Assembly: GCA_030704615.1 (NCBI GenBank)
Contig: CM060731.1
Location: 20,088,001 to 20,152,000 of the forward strand
Source of the DNA: Takakia lepidozioides
Taxonomy: Eukaryota; Plantae; Bryophyta
Direction: 5' to 3'
DNA: 64,000 nucleotides
Below the pieces are notes generated by a model. The model was not told where the DNA came from, did no database searches, and saw nothing but the letters and a program-made list of their open reading frames with translations. Shown here in pieces: positions 1 through 13,722 of the stretch. Position numbers and translations under genes: made by a program. The number at the start of each line of letters is the position of its first letter. Positions within the stretch are counted from its first letter, which is position 1.

Positions 1-421
1 ATGTACATTGTGATATGTTATGTTGGAGCTGGAGGATCTTTATCAATTGATTACTGCATGCTTTGCTCTGAGGATGGCCTTTTCCTTATTCATGGAAGTC
101 CATTAAGTGGATACTATGACGGCAGACTGGATGCTGGAATAGGTATCTATACCTAGGTCTCTAGAGCACTTCACTTAAAGCAAGCTCCAGCAGTGAGCAT
201 TGTTTGCAACTATGAAACGACTGCTAATGTGCAACATCTTGGCAGTCTTAAGAGTCCATAATATGTACCTGTGTGGAAATATTTGATTAAGACGGACAGG
301 CTCAATGACACTATCCAGGCAAAGAACGATTGTCTTTGTTTCTTCACAGGGGATATGAGGAGATGTTCTTAGTTGTATGTAGGTCTGATTTTGGTTGTTT
401 CTTTGCTTTTGTCTTTACCAG

Positions 422-1518
422 CTGTATGGGGTGTCTGCAGATATACCTAGATCAGCTGTGCGCAAAGCTGGGAGGGATATTTCCAACTGGCAGCTGTTGA
501 CCAGTGTTTGCAAGACAACTTTTCGTGGTTGGTGGTGTTTAAACTTCTTACAGCACTCATTCTTTTGTGCAGTAGTCTCACTAATATCTTGGAGTTTGCT
601 GTCTGTCACACATTTCTCGGGGGCACCCAAGTACATTTCAATCTGAATGACTCCATTATTTGCGATATCCGAGTAACAGTAGTTATGGAGTCTGCTGAAA
701 CAAGGTTTGTGGGGGTTGCAGGTCATGCATTGGGAGTGCTAGCCAATTGGTTGGTGCAGTTGGTGTTGGACATCTACAGATGCATTCACAATTCTTTCAG
801 TTTGAGGAAGAAGGAGGACAGGCCTCTTGGGATGGACATGAGAGAGCTGAAGCGGCTAGCCAGAAGAACAGCTGGAAACACACTCAAGGGTAGTGCGTCA
901 CTCATTCTGGCCTCATTTGGTGCTGGACTTGGCACAGTTCTCATCAGACCGTCCACAGGAACTTGGATTGGTACTTTCTAGCTACCTTCTACATTCACTG
1001 GAGTTGGAGGTTCAGTTGCTAACTCATTGTGCTATCATATGTGAAGGCATTCAGGAGTCAATGTGCTCCTGATGCAAGTGATGTGTTGTCTGAGTCACAA
1101 AGTACTCCTGGGAAATTCCAGCTCTGCCTTTAATACTCCTGGTATTTTGAATGCTGCTACAAAACCTAGGTGGTTGTGAGATGGCTACTTGCGTTTGCAC
1201 AATCCTTTGTTCTTACACTACACTTGCAAACAAAGCCAAACTATTATGGACTTGATGCCTTGCCATGGATGAAGAAGTTTATCTTGCACTTTTTGCATTC
1301 CATGTGTATGTCTCACTAAGTTCTGGAGACCGCTGCTTTTGTTGTCTCTGGTTATAGGGACAAAGAATTGCAGACCAGGTGGTGATTATCTTGTTTGTGT
1401 GACGTGCATTGCAGGTTGTGCCGCTGGTGATTTTGCTGGACCTTTCTTGGTTGGTATTTGTTTGGATACCTGGATTGTGTATGGCACATTCACTCCTGGA
1501 GGAGAAAGGGGTCGCTAG
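422..1518 (+). CDS. 3' exons of a conserved plant protein of unknown function (exons ~422-527, 722-970, 1415-1518; 5' part upstream or unresolved)
   Basis: GT-AG splicing gives ...VCKTTFR-GHALGVLANWLVQLVLDIYRC...SLILASFGAGLGTVLIRPSTGTWIG-CAAGDFAGPFLVGICLDTW...GR*. This matches a conserved plant family as I recall it; function not established. Confidence 0.75.
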
Positions 1519-3024
1519 ACCACATGCTGATGTCTCTCATGTTAACAGGGGAAGATGCTGCGGCAATGCTGCACCACCTAAATGGTCTGCTGTTAATGCT
1601 ATTTGAGGCCACAAGAAAGTCCATGTTTGATGCTATTTTTTCTTTTGATGACATTTGGCCTGTAGAAGTTTTTGTCGCTGTTAGACTGTCAGTGTCTTTG
1701 CTGAGTGCATTGCCAGTACGATTTTTTGGAGTGACACAATGTCAAGAGCAAGGCTGAGAGTAACTCTCAATAGTCAGGATAGAATAATTGTTGGAAAAGG
1801 TGCAAAGGAATGTACGAAAGCTCAGTTTTAACAACAATTTATGTGCACAATGAGAGGCGTCTTTGAGTTGCCTGCAATTAGAAATCCATCTTACATTATG
1901 CCACCCCACTGTGGCTTTATGTACCTTGGAACAGGCCTGGTAAGGGGCTAACCCAGAGAGCATGCTGCCTCCAACAGCACTGTAATGGCTGGTGAAGCCC
2001 TGTCCCAAAGCATGATGGATTATGCCTGCCAGCTTCTAATTGGTTGTCTACTGGCCCATCTAGCGATGTAAACATGCGCTGGAAAGAGTGGGAAGTTTCT
2101 TACATGAAAGTCCGGAACTCCCATGAATTGGATAGGTGGGGAAAATAAATTTTTCTATTAGGGCCTTGCTTTTGAGCATCCCCACTCGCAAAAGGTGTTT
2201 TGCGGTCGTTGTGGTTTATACAATATGAAGTCCTCTTGTGTAGGATCCAATTCTCTTGGGAAGCACATCTACTGACTACTTAACCTACGTGCTAGAAATT
2301 GATGGCTCGCACAAAGAAACATGAGCATAGTGGCAAGAAAGTTGACACTAAGTACCGTCACAGCGGGTATTTAGAGAGGATTCAGGTTTCAACTACATAA
2401 TCTATGTTTTGAACTTTTGCATGCAAGGATGTGCTATCTCAACTCTTACACACTACTACTGGCAAGCTCTTTATGTTTGACGTACTACTAGAGCACTGGT
2501 TGGGTGTTTGTCCATTGCCCGGGCATAACCTAGGTGATGTAGGGCTCAAAGTTCACTATATTTCAGCTTAATCTAGGATGACTCCTTTCAGTTTGAAATC
2601 TTTTACGGAGTCTCACTACTTGGAGTCCATTTGTCATAGAATAGCCACTGGAGAGAGGCTGAGAGGTGGAGAAGATTTGTCTTAAGGTGAGGTTTGTTAA
2701 CCAAGACCGAAAGGAAAGATAGCTACAGCTCTATCCCCAAGTGATATTTAAGGAGAGATTCTTTTCTAGTTGTTAGCTTGTTGGGCAAAATCGGGGCTAC
2801 AAAAACAGTTTTCGTTTGGCGGAAAGGAAAACACGTATTACAATTGTGCCAGCCCCACGGTCGTTGGTGTGGCATTCTGTGCATGGTGGAGGGGCATTGT
2901 TGCTTCACTCAATCGGACTTGGCAAAACTGATGATATCTACTATAGGTACGATGGTATCAAGTATCAACGCGCCAGATGACCAAACAGATTAGACAGTTT
3001 ACGCTGCCAAGAAATTCTGTGAGC

Positions 3025-3145
3025 TTTTCTTTTTAAAAGAGGAACACCTGGGACTGGGACTCGCGACAGCTCACAAATCAGGCCCCTTAATAATAGCGAG
3101 AGGAGAAAATAACCTCTGTCACAGTAACCTCGCTGTGAAGGCTTT
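3025..3145 (-). repeat. 3' end of a poly(A)-type retroelement (family B); related copies at 30597-30700 and 37291-37390
   Basis: Shared core cctggga..gc(t/c)cacaa(a/t)tcaggccc(c)tt..(a/g)gaaa.taacc at three loci. A T-rich run on + (A-rich tail on -) abuts two of them. Confidence 0.6.
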
Positions 3146-4865
3146 CGCATGGGTCACTAGTCACTACCCAAGTGAAGGGGGAGAAGAACATACAGAGTGT
3201 TGGACTGGCATGTCCTAAACCTGATACCAGAAGAAAATACCACACCTGTCAAGTTTGACCTTAGAATTATCTGGGTGGCTGCAAGGCAATCTGGTGATTA
3301 ACGGTGTAATCCGGTGATCAGTTTTTTTGGATACTTTGTTTGTAGTGAATGGGTGCATCTCATCTGCTGCTGAGTATACATTGTGTATTGATTTAAATTG
3401 TTAGTATTTTCTCTTCTCCTCCTCACATCTGTCTCTGTGTTTTCACAGTAGCAGGTTTTAAACTTGGGAAGTAATACATTGGTGGTCCCACATGCGGGAG
3501 GAATCTGAAACCCTGTCTGCGGCCCTTCCGTGGCACCCACCCACGCCTCCCATTTGCTCCCTTTGCTACTACAAAGAGACAGGAAGAATCCACACTGGGA
3601 ATACTACCGTTTAGCCTTCAAGAAAGATCGGCAGAGGAAACAAGATCTTGAGATTTGAGAAGGTTATTCTTCTACCTGTGTATCCGAAATGTGCTACACA
3701 AGTTGTTTCTGTCGATACCCCTCCCAAATCCGGGCGGCAGAACTACGAGCTCCGTACCTTCTCACTCTTTTCTGAGTGAGAAGCTTGGCTGAATTGCCAC
3801 AGACCCCTTGTCAGGATTGGCACCAAAATTTAGACATCCAGAGGCCAGATTCCAACATCCAGCTATATCGTTTATAATCTTCTGGCGATACCCTGTTTAC
3901 CATTCCAATTCCACCACTGGTAACATCCAATCGAGGGGGCAGATCAGGTTGTGTCTAATTGCATTGCTGCGATAAGCTGGACAGTTTTAGTGGGGCACAG
4001 GATTGTTAACCCATGTACAAATTTGTTTTGCCTTGTTTTGAGCGCATGGCACTGTTACCATCTTCTATGTCATTCCTCTCTACCTCTCCGCTTCTCTCAA
4101 AATCGCCTCCTTTCACCCACACCATTCATATCAGTTGCAATTCTCGAAATCCTTCAAGAAGCTGTGAAATTTTTGGAAATCCGCGTGTCGTCCAACGGTC
4201 ATTCAAAGGTGCTGCGGGGCGGTCTTTTCGACTAATTGACCCCACAAAGCATATCCAGGTACGAGCATTCTTGGGTCCGAACTCGTGGGGCATTCTTACT
4301 ATGAAGTCTCAATGATTTCCAGGTTTAACAACACCTCGTTTACATTGAAATGATTGCTTTTCGAGCAAAATGACAATGCGCTCTATGTTTGTGGTCAACA
4401 TTCTCATTCTTTTTCCCTCCTAATCCACGGAGAATAAATGAACTGATGGAGAGATAAGATAGAGTCACGCACATTGAGCACAGTTGGATCGATGAATTCT
4501 TCTGAGCGGACATATAGTATTTAACATGCACAGGGAGAACGTAGGCCTTGCAGGATCTCCTGCCTTGAAATGATGGGTCGCCTCAGTTTGTGGTTTGCAT
4601 CATGGCCAGTCGGTTATTGATGACACATGTGAGATCCCTGATCGATCAAGCTAACCGGTCAGGGATTCCATGGATGAGGACACTAGCTGGTTGTAGGAGG
4701 ATGCAAGGATCAATCACCATCGTATGCGCAGGGCTGCACTGTCGACCAGAGCATCTAGTCAACGACATGTTATCATCACAGGCGGCAATACTGGTGAGGA
4801 CTTGTGTCAACTATTGTTGGTGGTTCCAGATCTCTCTTTTATTTAAAAATGGGGCGATTCTCTAC

Positions 4866-5143
4866 ACCTCTGTTCACCAACTTTCAAAGTCTCGAGGCTG
4901 AGCCTAAGACCCTGGCCCTGTTGGGGTCATATTACTGGGCAGCTCACACACAGCAGATTGATGCTTGTGTGAAGGGCCTTCTAGAGGAAATCTGGAAAGC
5001 CCGAACCAATTCATTATACCAAGGTTAGTCCCACTACTGGAGTGAGTCCCTGACAAATATAGTGTCCGTTTCCTCTTGTTCTGCCCTAACTAGGCACAGG
5101 GTCCATAGCCTCAAGGCTCCAGAAAACAACGTCTCATGAGTAC
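4866..5143 (+). mobile_element. 5'-truncated copy of LINE family A
   Basis: Encodes PLFTNFQSLEAEPKTLALL..YWAAHTQQIDACVKGLLEEIWKART, homologous to 58567-59291. Ends AACAACGTCTCATGAGTAC. Direct repeat ATTCTCTAC at 4857-4865 and 5144-5152. Confidence 0.85.
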
Positions 5144-5369
5144 ATTCTCTACCTTGTTGGCGTGGCTCTGTCTGCTTCATATACCCAACTCCCTCCCTTG
5201 GATCTAGAAGTATGGTATTTATGACCAAGTCTTACACTAGGTTGTTTCTTAGCAGAGCCTTCTATGCTGAACCGAGCAATTGCAAGTCCAGCTGGGAATT
5301 CCATTACTTCTGATCATAACACCCACTTCATGTTTCCTCAGTCATTCATAATTTGTGTATCTTGTGCAG

Positions 5370-7522
5370 GTGAATAATGCTGGGCTCATGGCATGCCCAC
5401 AGGCATACACAGATGATGGTTTCGAATACCAACTAGGGGTTAGACATTTCTGTCTCACTCAAAAGATTTTCTTTCAGGAACTCAATGCAGGCCAGTTTTG
5501 AAGAAATTGCAAAGACAGTAAACCATTTGACAGAAACTGTGTAGGTTAGTTATACTGTGTTGAAGATGAATCAAGCTTTGCTTAACATAGTTGGAATATA
5601 TGTGGGTATTGTCTCTGGGTCAATGCAGGTGAATCATCTAGGCCTTTTTCTGCTTACAGCATTGCTACTAAACAAGCTCAAAGCATGTGCTGCCACTGGG
5701 TACTTGGATACCTTTCTTACAGTCATCACTAGAAAGTTCCTAGTTCAGAACAAGGCAAAAAGAAAAGAAAGTTTAGAGTCATGTTGGCCCACCTTCATGT
5801 GTTTTCTACTGGTGTAGACTGTAAGTGAGATGAAACATTGTTAGACTGTCCCTGAGTCTCTGTCTACTTTGAAGGCTGGGTTAGTTTGCTAGCCCCAATG
5901 GTACTACCACTAGCACTTGGGAAGATATTTAGCTCCACCTGCTGTTACCTCTTATGTCTCTAGTTTTGTGATTTATTTTTGGCACAGCTTTCAGGTAGAG
6001 CCTTACAAATTTGCTGGGAGATTTTGAATTGAGAGCAGGCCAAAGTCGAGAGTGGTGGTGCTGGCGTCAGCTGCTGAGCAGATCGGAGACATTGCCTTCA
6101 GTGACCTCAACTACCAAGGATCTAGAGGTAGCTGGTCTTCTCCTTGACTTTGTACAGGAACCTTTTGGGGACATTGGTAAGGAACTGTGGAAGGACATCT
6201 ATGTGTGGGACAAATGGTTAGATTGGACGACCTTGCTCATGCTGGAGTCAACCAATGGAAGAGAGGGATGTAGGGGTCAAAGAGAATGTTGAACTATTTA
6301 GACTGATGTTCTTGCTGTAACGTTGTGGCCAAAGCACAAGGGGAGAGGTGAAAAAAGAGAGATTAAGAAGCTATACTTAGATGTTGGGTTCAGGGTAGAG
6401 ATAGGGCAGCTATTGTTCATTTTTTCTTTTCATGCCACACTGCAAAGTAATAGCACATGTGGTTTGTCCACCTGCATGAAGTTTTTTGGTTCTATATTGT
6501 AGATTACTTGGAATGCAAACCAACCTAAAAAGTTCTGGGTGGCACAGCCTATAACCCATGGTTTGCATATGGGCAATGGAAGCTGGCCAACTGCCTCTTC
6601 TCTCATGATCTGTCTCGGCGTTGCAAATCATTGGGCATTCCGATCACATCAAACTGTATGCACCCAGGAATTGTAAATACAGAGGTACATCCAACCACTC
6701 TCTCTCACTTGTCTTCGGTCTCCTCAATGTCGAGTTTGGTCCAGTGATTGTTGCCGTTTTGGTCGTGAAGTAAATGCGAAATTACTAATTGATGTTGCGA
6801 TGTGACACTATGCAGTTGCTAAGATATGTGTTCTCACAAGCTGTGTCGGCCACTCCCCCGTCAGGCCTACGAGCTTTCGTTCAAAAGCTAGTGGGACTTC
6901 GTGTTAAGTCATTCTTTTGTATCTGTTCTGTCTGTCTTTGTGAACTCCATATATTTTCTTTATTTCTTTCTCTCTCTCCTCTTTCTGGCTCAGATTTTGT
7001 CTCCTCTCTCATGTTTTCTTCCACTTTGTCCCATAAGCTCTAAGAGCTTTCCGCGGACGTTATTAAGCACCATTTCATTTCATTTCTCTCCTATAGTACC
7101 ATGCCATGCCAATGGCCACAAGGCTACTGCAAACAACGTCACGTAAGTACATTTTCTCTCCCATGCAAGTCTTTAATCAGGATTTTGTACAATAGTAATG
7201 CCAAGCACCTGATTGGATACAAAGTGTATAAGATTTTTGGTCCGACCACTTTGGTTGACAGATCTAGTGATGTTGTGGGGAGGGGGTGATGCAGACACCA
7301 GAGGAAGGAGCATCCACCGCCGTGTTCTTGGCATCAGCAGTGCAAATGGAGGGTGTCACAGGGGGTTACTATAAAGATAGCCGAGAAACGAAGCCCAGTG
7401 CCAAGGCAGTCAATAGCAAGTTAGCTCACTCGTTGTGGGCTGTCAGTAAAGACTTGACAGGAGCGACCCCCGCTCTAGAACCTCTAGGCCTCAGTGTGCA
7501 ACCTGCAAAAATCCTCATGTAA
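5370..7522 (+). CDS. Short-chain dehydrogenase/reductase (retinol-dehydrogenase/Tic32-like); 5' exons not found
   Basis: Exons ~5370-5438 (VNNAGLMACP..DGFEYQLG), 5629-5699 (VNHLGLFLLT), ~6039-6127 (SRVVVLASAA), ~6548-6684 (YGQWK catalytic YxxxK, HPGIVNTE), ~6816-6900, ~7295-7522 (TPEEGASTAVFLA..GGYY..LWAVSKDLT). Confidence 0.85.
7092..7152 (+). mobile_element. ~60-bp 3' terminal fragment of LINE family A in an SDR intron
   Basis: aatggccacaaggctactgcaaacaacgtc..agtaca matches the family 3' end. Direct repeat TTTCTCTCC at 7083-7091 and 7153-7161. Confidence 0.8.
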
Positions 7523-9264
7523 TACCTCGTCTCTCCTTCGATTGCTTTCTGTCCGTGGGGTTGACATCTGGAGATGGGAAAATTGCAAGCTCTGTCTTGC
7601 TCTCCGTTCTTCTACTTTCTTTGGGTCCCCAGAGATTCCTGCGGACGTACTAAACAAATTCATCCTTCTGCTCCCCATTCTTCATATTGTTTACCGGGTT
7701 CTTTGTACACCGGGATACTCTTCCTGTGTAGCACTCTGGGTGGATAGACAATACCCACAACTGCAATCTGCAGGCTTCCTTCCCTGATGGTCTAAAACCA
7801 GCGCTGACTATTCTAGAGATCAGTAAGTGCATTGTTTGTTCAGCTGCAGTTATAAAATAGGGTTAATTGAATAAAGGGTGATTGATGGGCATCTCTCCCT
7901 GATAGCAGCCGCAACAATTCTAAGTCTCAAGTGCTCACATCTGCCTCCTTTTTTTCTTTTTTTCTTTTTTTTCTGCCTCCTTACAACAAAATATACAAAT
8001 CCTCTTCACAGCAGCCGGGGGAGCAAGCCGTGAAGATAAGTCGAGGAAAAAGGGGGATGAGACTCGTATAGTTCATTCATCCCATAACTCTTCTTTACTG
8101 TGTACGGTCGGTAGAACTTAATCCTGAATATAAGGGCCGCCCAAAAATGTAATCGACCGTTAAAACTTGGATGATGTAATAGATCTCTATTAGTCCTCTA
8201 TTTGAAGGGTCGACGGCTGAGATGTGTTCTCTCACAGCAAGAGGTTTTGCAATTGGTGGATGGCCTAGCAGACAATTGCTTTGCTCCTTTCTTCCCCGGC
8301 CCTTTCTTGCTGAGATCTTCGTTTAGTTTGCAGTGAGAGCATTTACGTGTTGAGAGTTTGGAGGACGACAGCAGCATATGTCCGGACGATTCTGCAATGA
8401 CTGAATACTGATGTTCTTTTTTCTTCGTAGGTACGCGTGTGTGGAGCTCTTTCATCGTTGTATCGAATTTTGGTATCCCTCTGTAAACTGAGCTACTTGT
8501 GGCGATAACTATCAGCTAAGGTTAAGCAGACCCGTGTAAACCTGCGGTGGCGATGTGCATGTTGGCAATAGGGAATCATTGCATTTAACATGGAACCAGT
8601 ATGTAAGTGTGGTTCCCTGGAGCTGTAATTTTGAGTTCCTTTGGAATTATTGCTGTATTCGAGTTGAATGCAGCACATATATTTCTTGTTACTATTCCTA
8701 AAATTTCAAGAATTCTCTCCCTCCACTTCCACATTTGTTTCCTGTTCCTCTTCATCAGCAGTGATCAGTTTTGTGTTAGCAAAACCTTCAGTGCCAAGTA
8801 TGGGGCTTCGAAAGTGAGGTCGCTTTGCGCGCCCTTCTTGTGTCTTGAAACGTGTCTGAATTCTTTTTGTGGCTTCCTCAAACTTGTGACACAACCAAAA
8901 AAAAGAGTCAAGTTGATACGTTGTATAGGTGATTATAGTATAGTGAACTTCGATTGTCATCCACTAACTATAGTTAATTGTCATGTCTGCTAAACAAAAA
9001 GCCAAGTCCCAGTACCTTTGAAGATCTGCATAGAAATTATGTCTCATTGCCGTATGAGTACCCTGCATCCAGTGGGAATTTTATTGCTGGTTTTATCTAG
9101 AAATACTAGAAATTGTCTTGACCTAGTTTGAAGGAGCATTTCAATTATGGAGATTATGGTTGTCGCAATGTTGTTAGCACTATAATCCACTCCATTGAAG
9201 AAACTGAAAACTCAGTCTATTTTTGTTGTGTAGCTTGTAAGAGTGTTGCTTGCTAGGCATTGCC

Positions 9265-10023
9265 ATGGAGGAACCGGTCCATCTTATTTGAGCATACTCA
9301 CAACAAGACTCTCATTTAGGGGCACGGGTGCAGCATAAAATGACAACTCCAGCATGGCAGCCACGAGCGATGCAGCCCACAGCTGGACCTCAAGGACAGT
9401 GGCCAGCTCCAGGCACAGTGGCTTACCAGGGACAGGGACCTCCAAGACGCCCTACCTATGGTCCCTCCTCTTCAAAATTTTCCCAATCACCAGAGGGATC
9501 ATTGCCCCCTTTCGGAAACCCCAATCAGCTTGGTGCAGCCTCTGGGAGTGGTCCGCAGCCATCGGGACATCCTGTAAGTTGTTGATTGCTGAGAACTTTG
9601 GTGCGATGTAACAGTTCTATTTGCAATTGTATCTCCTATTTTGACCATGCTAGAGGTCGACCTCCTGGGGTTAATATATCCTAAGCAGGGGTGAATTCTT
9701 CTAGGACTATATCCTTAATTTTTACTAGCTGTGGAATGCAGATGCAAAAAGTTGTTCAGGATTTATCTCGGTGCATAGCAGGCTTAGTCACATCTTCCAC
9801 CACTCCTTTCTTCCAAGAAGAGTGTGCCAGAATCATTGGCTTGCCCCTTGCCGACATTGAGAAGATGGAGTCTTTCATTTGTGATACAATGTCTGAGATT
9901 GTTGAGGACTTAGATAAACTAAAAGCTGGTACAACTGCGGAAGATGAGAGCTCGGGCACATCCGTCTCGGATCATGAAATGGAAGAGGGCAATTACACAG
10001 ATGTTGATGATATTTGTTCATAA
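9265..10023 (+). pseudogene. Possible two-exon orphan gene or pseudogene (Pro/Gln/Gly-rich exon, then helical/acidic exon)
   Basis: Reading frame 9265-9573 has one early TGA and ends at a GTAAGT donor. A CAG acceptor near 9741 leads into MQKVVQDLSRC...DVDDICS*. No family recognised. Confidence 0.35.
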
Positions 10024-10678
10024 TGAGCTTTGAATCAGCTGGAATTATTGTTTACAATCGTTAATCTTCTAGGGTTTACATTTCTTGGTATCAGTGGGTG
10101 CAAACATACGTCCATTTTGGGACATTTGATGTAGAATTTTTGCTGTCTTATTGCATATGGTCCAAGTATGTATGCAATATACAAATTTCTTTTAGGAAGG
10201 TAGAATTCAGGGACATGTTTAAGAATTAAGTTGATACTTGCTATAAGGCATGTGTAAGTAAAGTGTAGGAAAAGTATAGTGCAGGTGGGAGTGATATTGA
10301 TTTAGTTTCCAAGGAATTTTATATCACAGGGAGATTGGGAATTTTGGACGACGTATGCACTGTTCAGAGTTTAAAGGCTTCAACCTTCTAGTATAGGGTG
10401 CAGCGATGTGCCACAAGCTACTTCACCGAATGCTCCTCCAACTGAACTCTATGGTGGACATGAAGTTTTAAGAAACAGTAGAAAAGCACAGATGGAACGT
10501 CACATTTCTCAAATCCATGAACATTGTCATTTTATGTGCAGTTGCAAAATATTCACAACTGTAAGAGACAATCCAAGCTCTTCGGTTTGTCAAGGAAACC
10601 TTTCAGGCAAATACTCACATGAACCAATGGTTGCATAACTGATGAGCTAAAGCTGAAGCTACACACCGAACTAACTGT

Positions 10679-11493
10679 CTAGTTAGATCCCGTCAACGTC
10701 TCCTTCACACTCTGGTACGTATTGTTCAATGCATCACCAGTCTGCAAACAAATCCAGCAAATATCATGTAAAGCACATGAAAAAAGATCGATGCAACTCT
10801 AGCGAGGACTTCTCCTGCTGTCTCTCAATCTTCCGTAGCGTAAGATCCCCCAATGCAAAACCAAATCAGAAGGCGGAAGCGAGGCGGAGATGGTATGTTT
10901 AGATCAGAGAGGAGAGAGCACAGGGTGCTGATTTACGTCAACATCGAAAATGTGCTTGAATGAGAATTATACCTTCTGGAGGAGGTTGCTAGAAGCATCG
11001 GTAGCCTCGGAAGCCTTGTTCTGTGTAGCTTGCGTAGCATCTGAAAGAGCATCCTTAGTTCCGGCGTATGCACTTGAAGCCTTTTCTTGAGTAGCGCCAG
11101 CTACACCTTGAGCTTGCTTCTGGGTCTCGCCAGCACCATTCTGCACGTCAACGGCAACAAACACATCAGCTCATGCTTCTAGAAGTAGAGCCCCCAATCA
11201 TGATCTGGGCAGTAGTATTACGAAAGGCCAGTGAACAGAGATAAGTAAAGATAGGACCAGTGCTCTTTCACGGGGCTGCAAGCACGAACTCATCTTCCCT
11301 CGAAATGGAAATACCTTATGGAACACAACTTACTACACTATTGCAGTCCATCTACATGAGTTCCAGAAACAGAGCAGCTGCAGGTGCACACCTTGGTGGC
11401 GTCCTGGACATCTCCAGCCTTGGACTGGGCATAATCCGCAGTCTCCCCCGTCTTCTGGGCGGCAGTGTTCTTGGTGTCTTCCCAGGTCGACAT
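10679..11493 (-). CDS. Late embryogenesis abundant protein (group 3/LEA_4-like), 110 aa, exons 11493-11392, 11140-10973, 10741-10679
   Basis: MSTWEDTKNTAAQKTGETADYAQSKAGDVQDATK-NGAGETQKQAQG...NLLQK-TGDALNNTYQSVKETLTGSN*. A/T/Q/K-rich repeats, two phase-0 GT-AG introns. Confidence 0.88.
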
Positions 11494-11640
11494 TTTCAAG
11501 AGTCGGAAACAAAGATGGAAGCTGAAAGCGGCAAAAGACTTGAGAGATGAAAAATCGTTGTAAGCTCACAAAATCCGATTCAATGCAATGTGAGAGAGAG
11601 AGAGTACAGACGTCGATATGCATGAACGCTGAGGAGATGA

Positions 11641-11752
11641 GCTTATAAGCTCGGGTTTGCGGGTGGATCAGACTGCGGTGGACAGCCCAACGGCAAAGCA
11701 GGTGTCTAGCGTCCAAACATCCAGATGTCACGCTCGGCAGTGCATGCATGCC
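11641..11752 (-). promoter_or_regulatory. LEA promoter: TATA-like box (~11643-11648) and RY element CATGCATG (11743-11750)
   Basis: ttataa lies ~150 bp and tgcatgcatgc ~250 bp upstream of the ATG. RY elements are ABI3/B3-domain binding sites typical of LEA promoters. Confidence 0.5.
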
Positions 11753-12194
11753 ACGCAGGGTGTTTCTTCGTCGAGAACATTACGGGGGGATGGCGCTGGC
11801 ACTGGCGCTGACATCCATCATTCCAGTGCTTTCCTCTAACGCGGTAGTCATTGTCGGTTACTAGCACGGGGAGGATTGTGGTCTCGTCATGGATGGCTGA
11901 AGGAGGCTTGGATGAAGTGTGGGCTGAGAAGGGCAGATTTTCCAGCACAAGAGTACTATTGAGCCACTATGTATTGATAGTTAGTTTGGGTAGATGGTCA
12001 ACTGGTAGCAGCGGCAGCACAGTTGATTAAATCAGGCACCTCCACCATGACCATCGCTTCTCAAAGAGGACCAAGAGAGGGAGTCCACAAGATCTCCTCG
12101 GGCACTTCTAGGACACAATGTGAGGCTGGACAACTGGAAGAGCATCTTAGCTAGGTAAACTACCTCAACACCTGTATTTCCAACTCAATTTCAT

Positions 12195-12280
12195 TGGAAA
12201 GACATTTTTCCCCATGGCTAGGATCTTCCCCATTGAATGGAAAGACATTTTTCCCCATGGCTGGGATCTTCCCCATTGAA
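12195..12280. repeat. 43-bp tandem duplication
   Basis: tggaaagacatttttccccatggct(a/g)ggatcttccccattgaa twice, one mismatch. Confidence 0.95.
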
Positions 12281-12745
12281 AAGGAAGAGGGAGAAGTCAA
12301 TTGGAGACACTGGCGCGCACTAGGGGCTCTAAGCTCAAAACTCAGCTGAAATTATGAGTAGCTATAGTTTAGGCCCCTTCTCCATAGCCACAAGTTTATT
12401 GGTCCTACCTGAGTCCTACCTCTTCCTCCAAAGTCTCCCTGTTCCTTCCTGTTTTCTTTGTCTTGTGTCCTGCAAAGGATAGAGCCATTGTGGAGACATC
12501 TTGCCTAGGCAGAAAACGGAGAACTAGGCTTATCCATTAAGCCTAGTCTATGGAGGGTTGATGGGCATGATTCATCAAGCTGTGGAAAAAGTATAAAACA
12601 ACAACCCCAAAATCACAGAAGGACATAGCCTTTCAGACCCTTGTGTTTACGGGGTGGTTATCCCCTATGTTAGCCTCACGGCCTCAAGAGGTTCTTCCAC
12701 TCCCCTTATTAATGCAATTGGTTCCACCCCATTTGATTTCTTTTA

Positions 12746-12965
12746 AGGAAAAATCACATCGATAGGGCAATCGAGTCTTGTGGCCCTATATGATGACACG
12801 TGTATAGTCGTGTGTACGGCTACGTTTACGACTATCATGCACTTACGACTACATGGGATATGCATCTTGGTTTTGGCAACTATGTAGTAACGTAGTCATT
12901 TATCGGAGATATGACTGCCATACAGTCGTAAGTGCTAGTAGTAAAATCGTGATTTTCTTGTAGTG
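12746..12965. mobile_element. CACTA (En/Spm) remnant with one intact terminus
   Basis: gtgattttcttgtagtg ending at 12965 is the reverse complement of CACTACAAGAAAATCAC. Short subterminal acgacta/tagtcgt repeats in both orientations; only a partial aaaatcac at the left. Confidence 0.6.
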
Positions 12966-13574
12966 AGCTACCATAATAGTTTGCTTTTCCTCTTGCAGCC
13001 CCGCAACCGTTGCTTTAGCGAGGGGCGAATAGAAATGAGGGTCCATTAATGTTCATTTCAGAGAGGCCTTCAACAACCATTTTTCAACTTGGAGTGGAAC
13101 TTAGTAGTAGGTAGGTCTAATTGTTCTGCAAGGAATCCAAGACGCGATGAAGAAAACCTGTTTTGTATTGTTTCTCAGATATTCATCAAGGATGTTTCTT
13201 AATGTAGATCCCAGCTAGAACAAATTTCAGACTAACTTTGGTAGTAGGAGTTAGGGTTGAACGAACATGGAAAGGTAGAGCGTATACTTCGGATGTCGTT
13301 GTTACTAGAATAACATTTTGTAATCTGAAGTTGTGCGCCTCAATACACACAGTTCTCACAATTTTTAAATGTCTGCTTGGAAGTTGGTATTGATAATTGA
13401 ATCTAAAAATCTGTCGCCTTCAAGTTGAAAACTCTTCAGCTTCACTCTTAGCACTCTCATACATTATATATTATTGATATAATTATACTGTTACCTATAA
13501 TCTAAATTTGGTATTCCAAAAAGAAAAAGTTTCCCTTCATAGTACAATTGCAAGAGAATCAAATCAAGACTCAC

Positions 13575-13722
13575 GACAACCAGCATGTAGCCCAGTGGTA
13601 ATGGGCACATACACGTTGGATGTGGTTGTGGGTTCAAACCACCGTCTGGTGTGTCATGAAGGTGTCCACCTTCCTGTTATAAGAGGTAAAAAAAAAGAAA
13701 AAAAAAGAAAAAAAAAAGAAAA
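13575..13722 (+). mobile_element. tRNA-derived SINE
   Basis: Pol III A box TAGCCCAGTGG (13588-13598), B box GGTTCAAACC (13631-13640), (A9G)n tail, TSD AAGACTCAC at 13566-13574 and 13723-13731. Confidence 0.88.

Noticed and set aside
13575-13650. Possible tRNA gene
   Set aside because: No complete cloverleaf is evident; the A-rich tail and TSD indicate a SINE.
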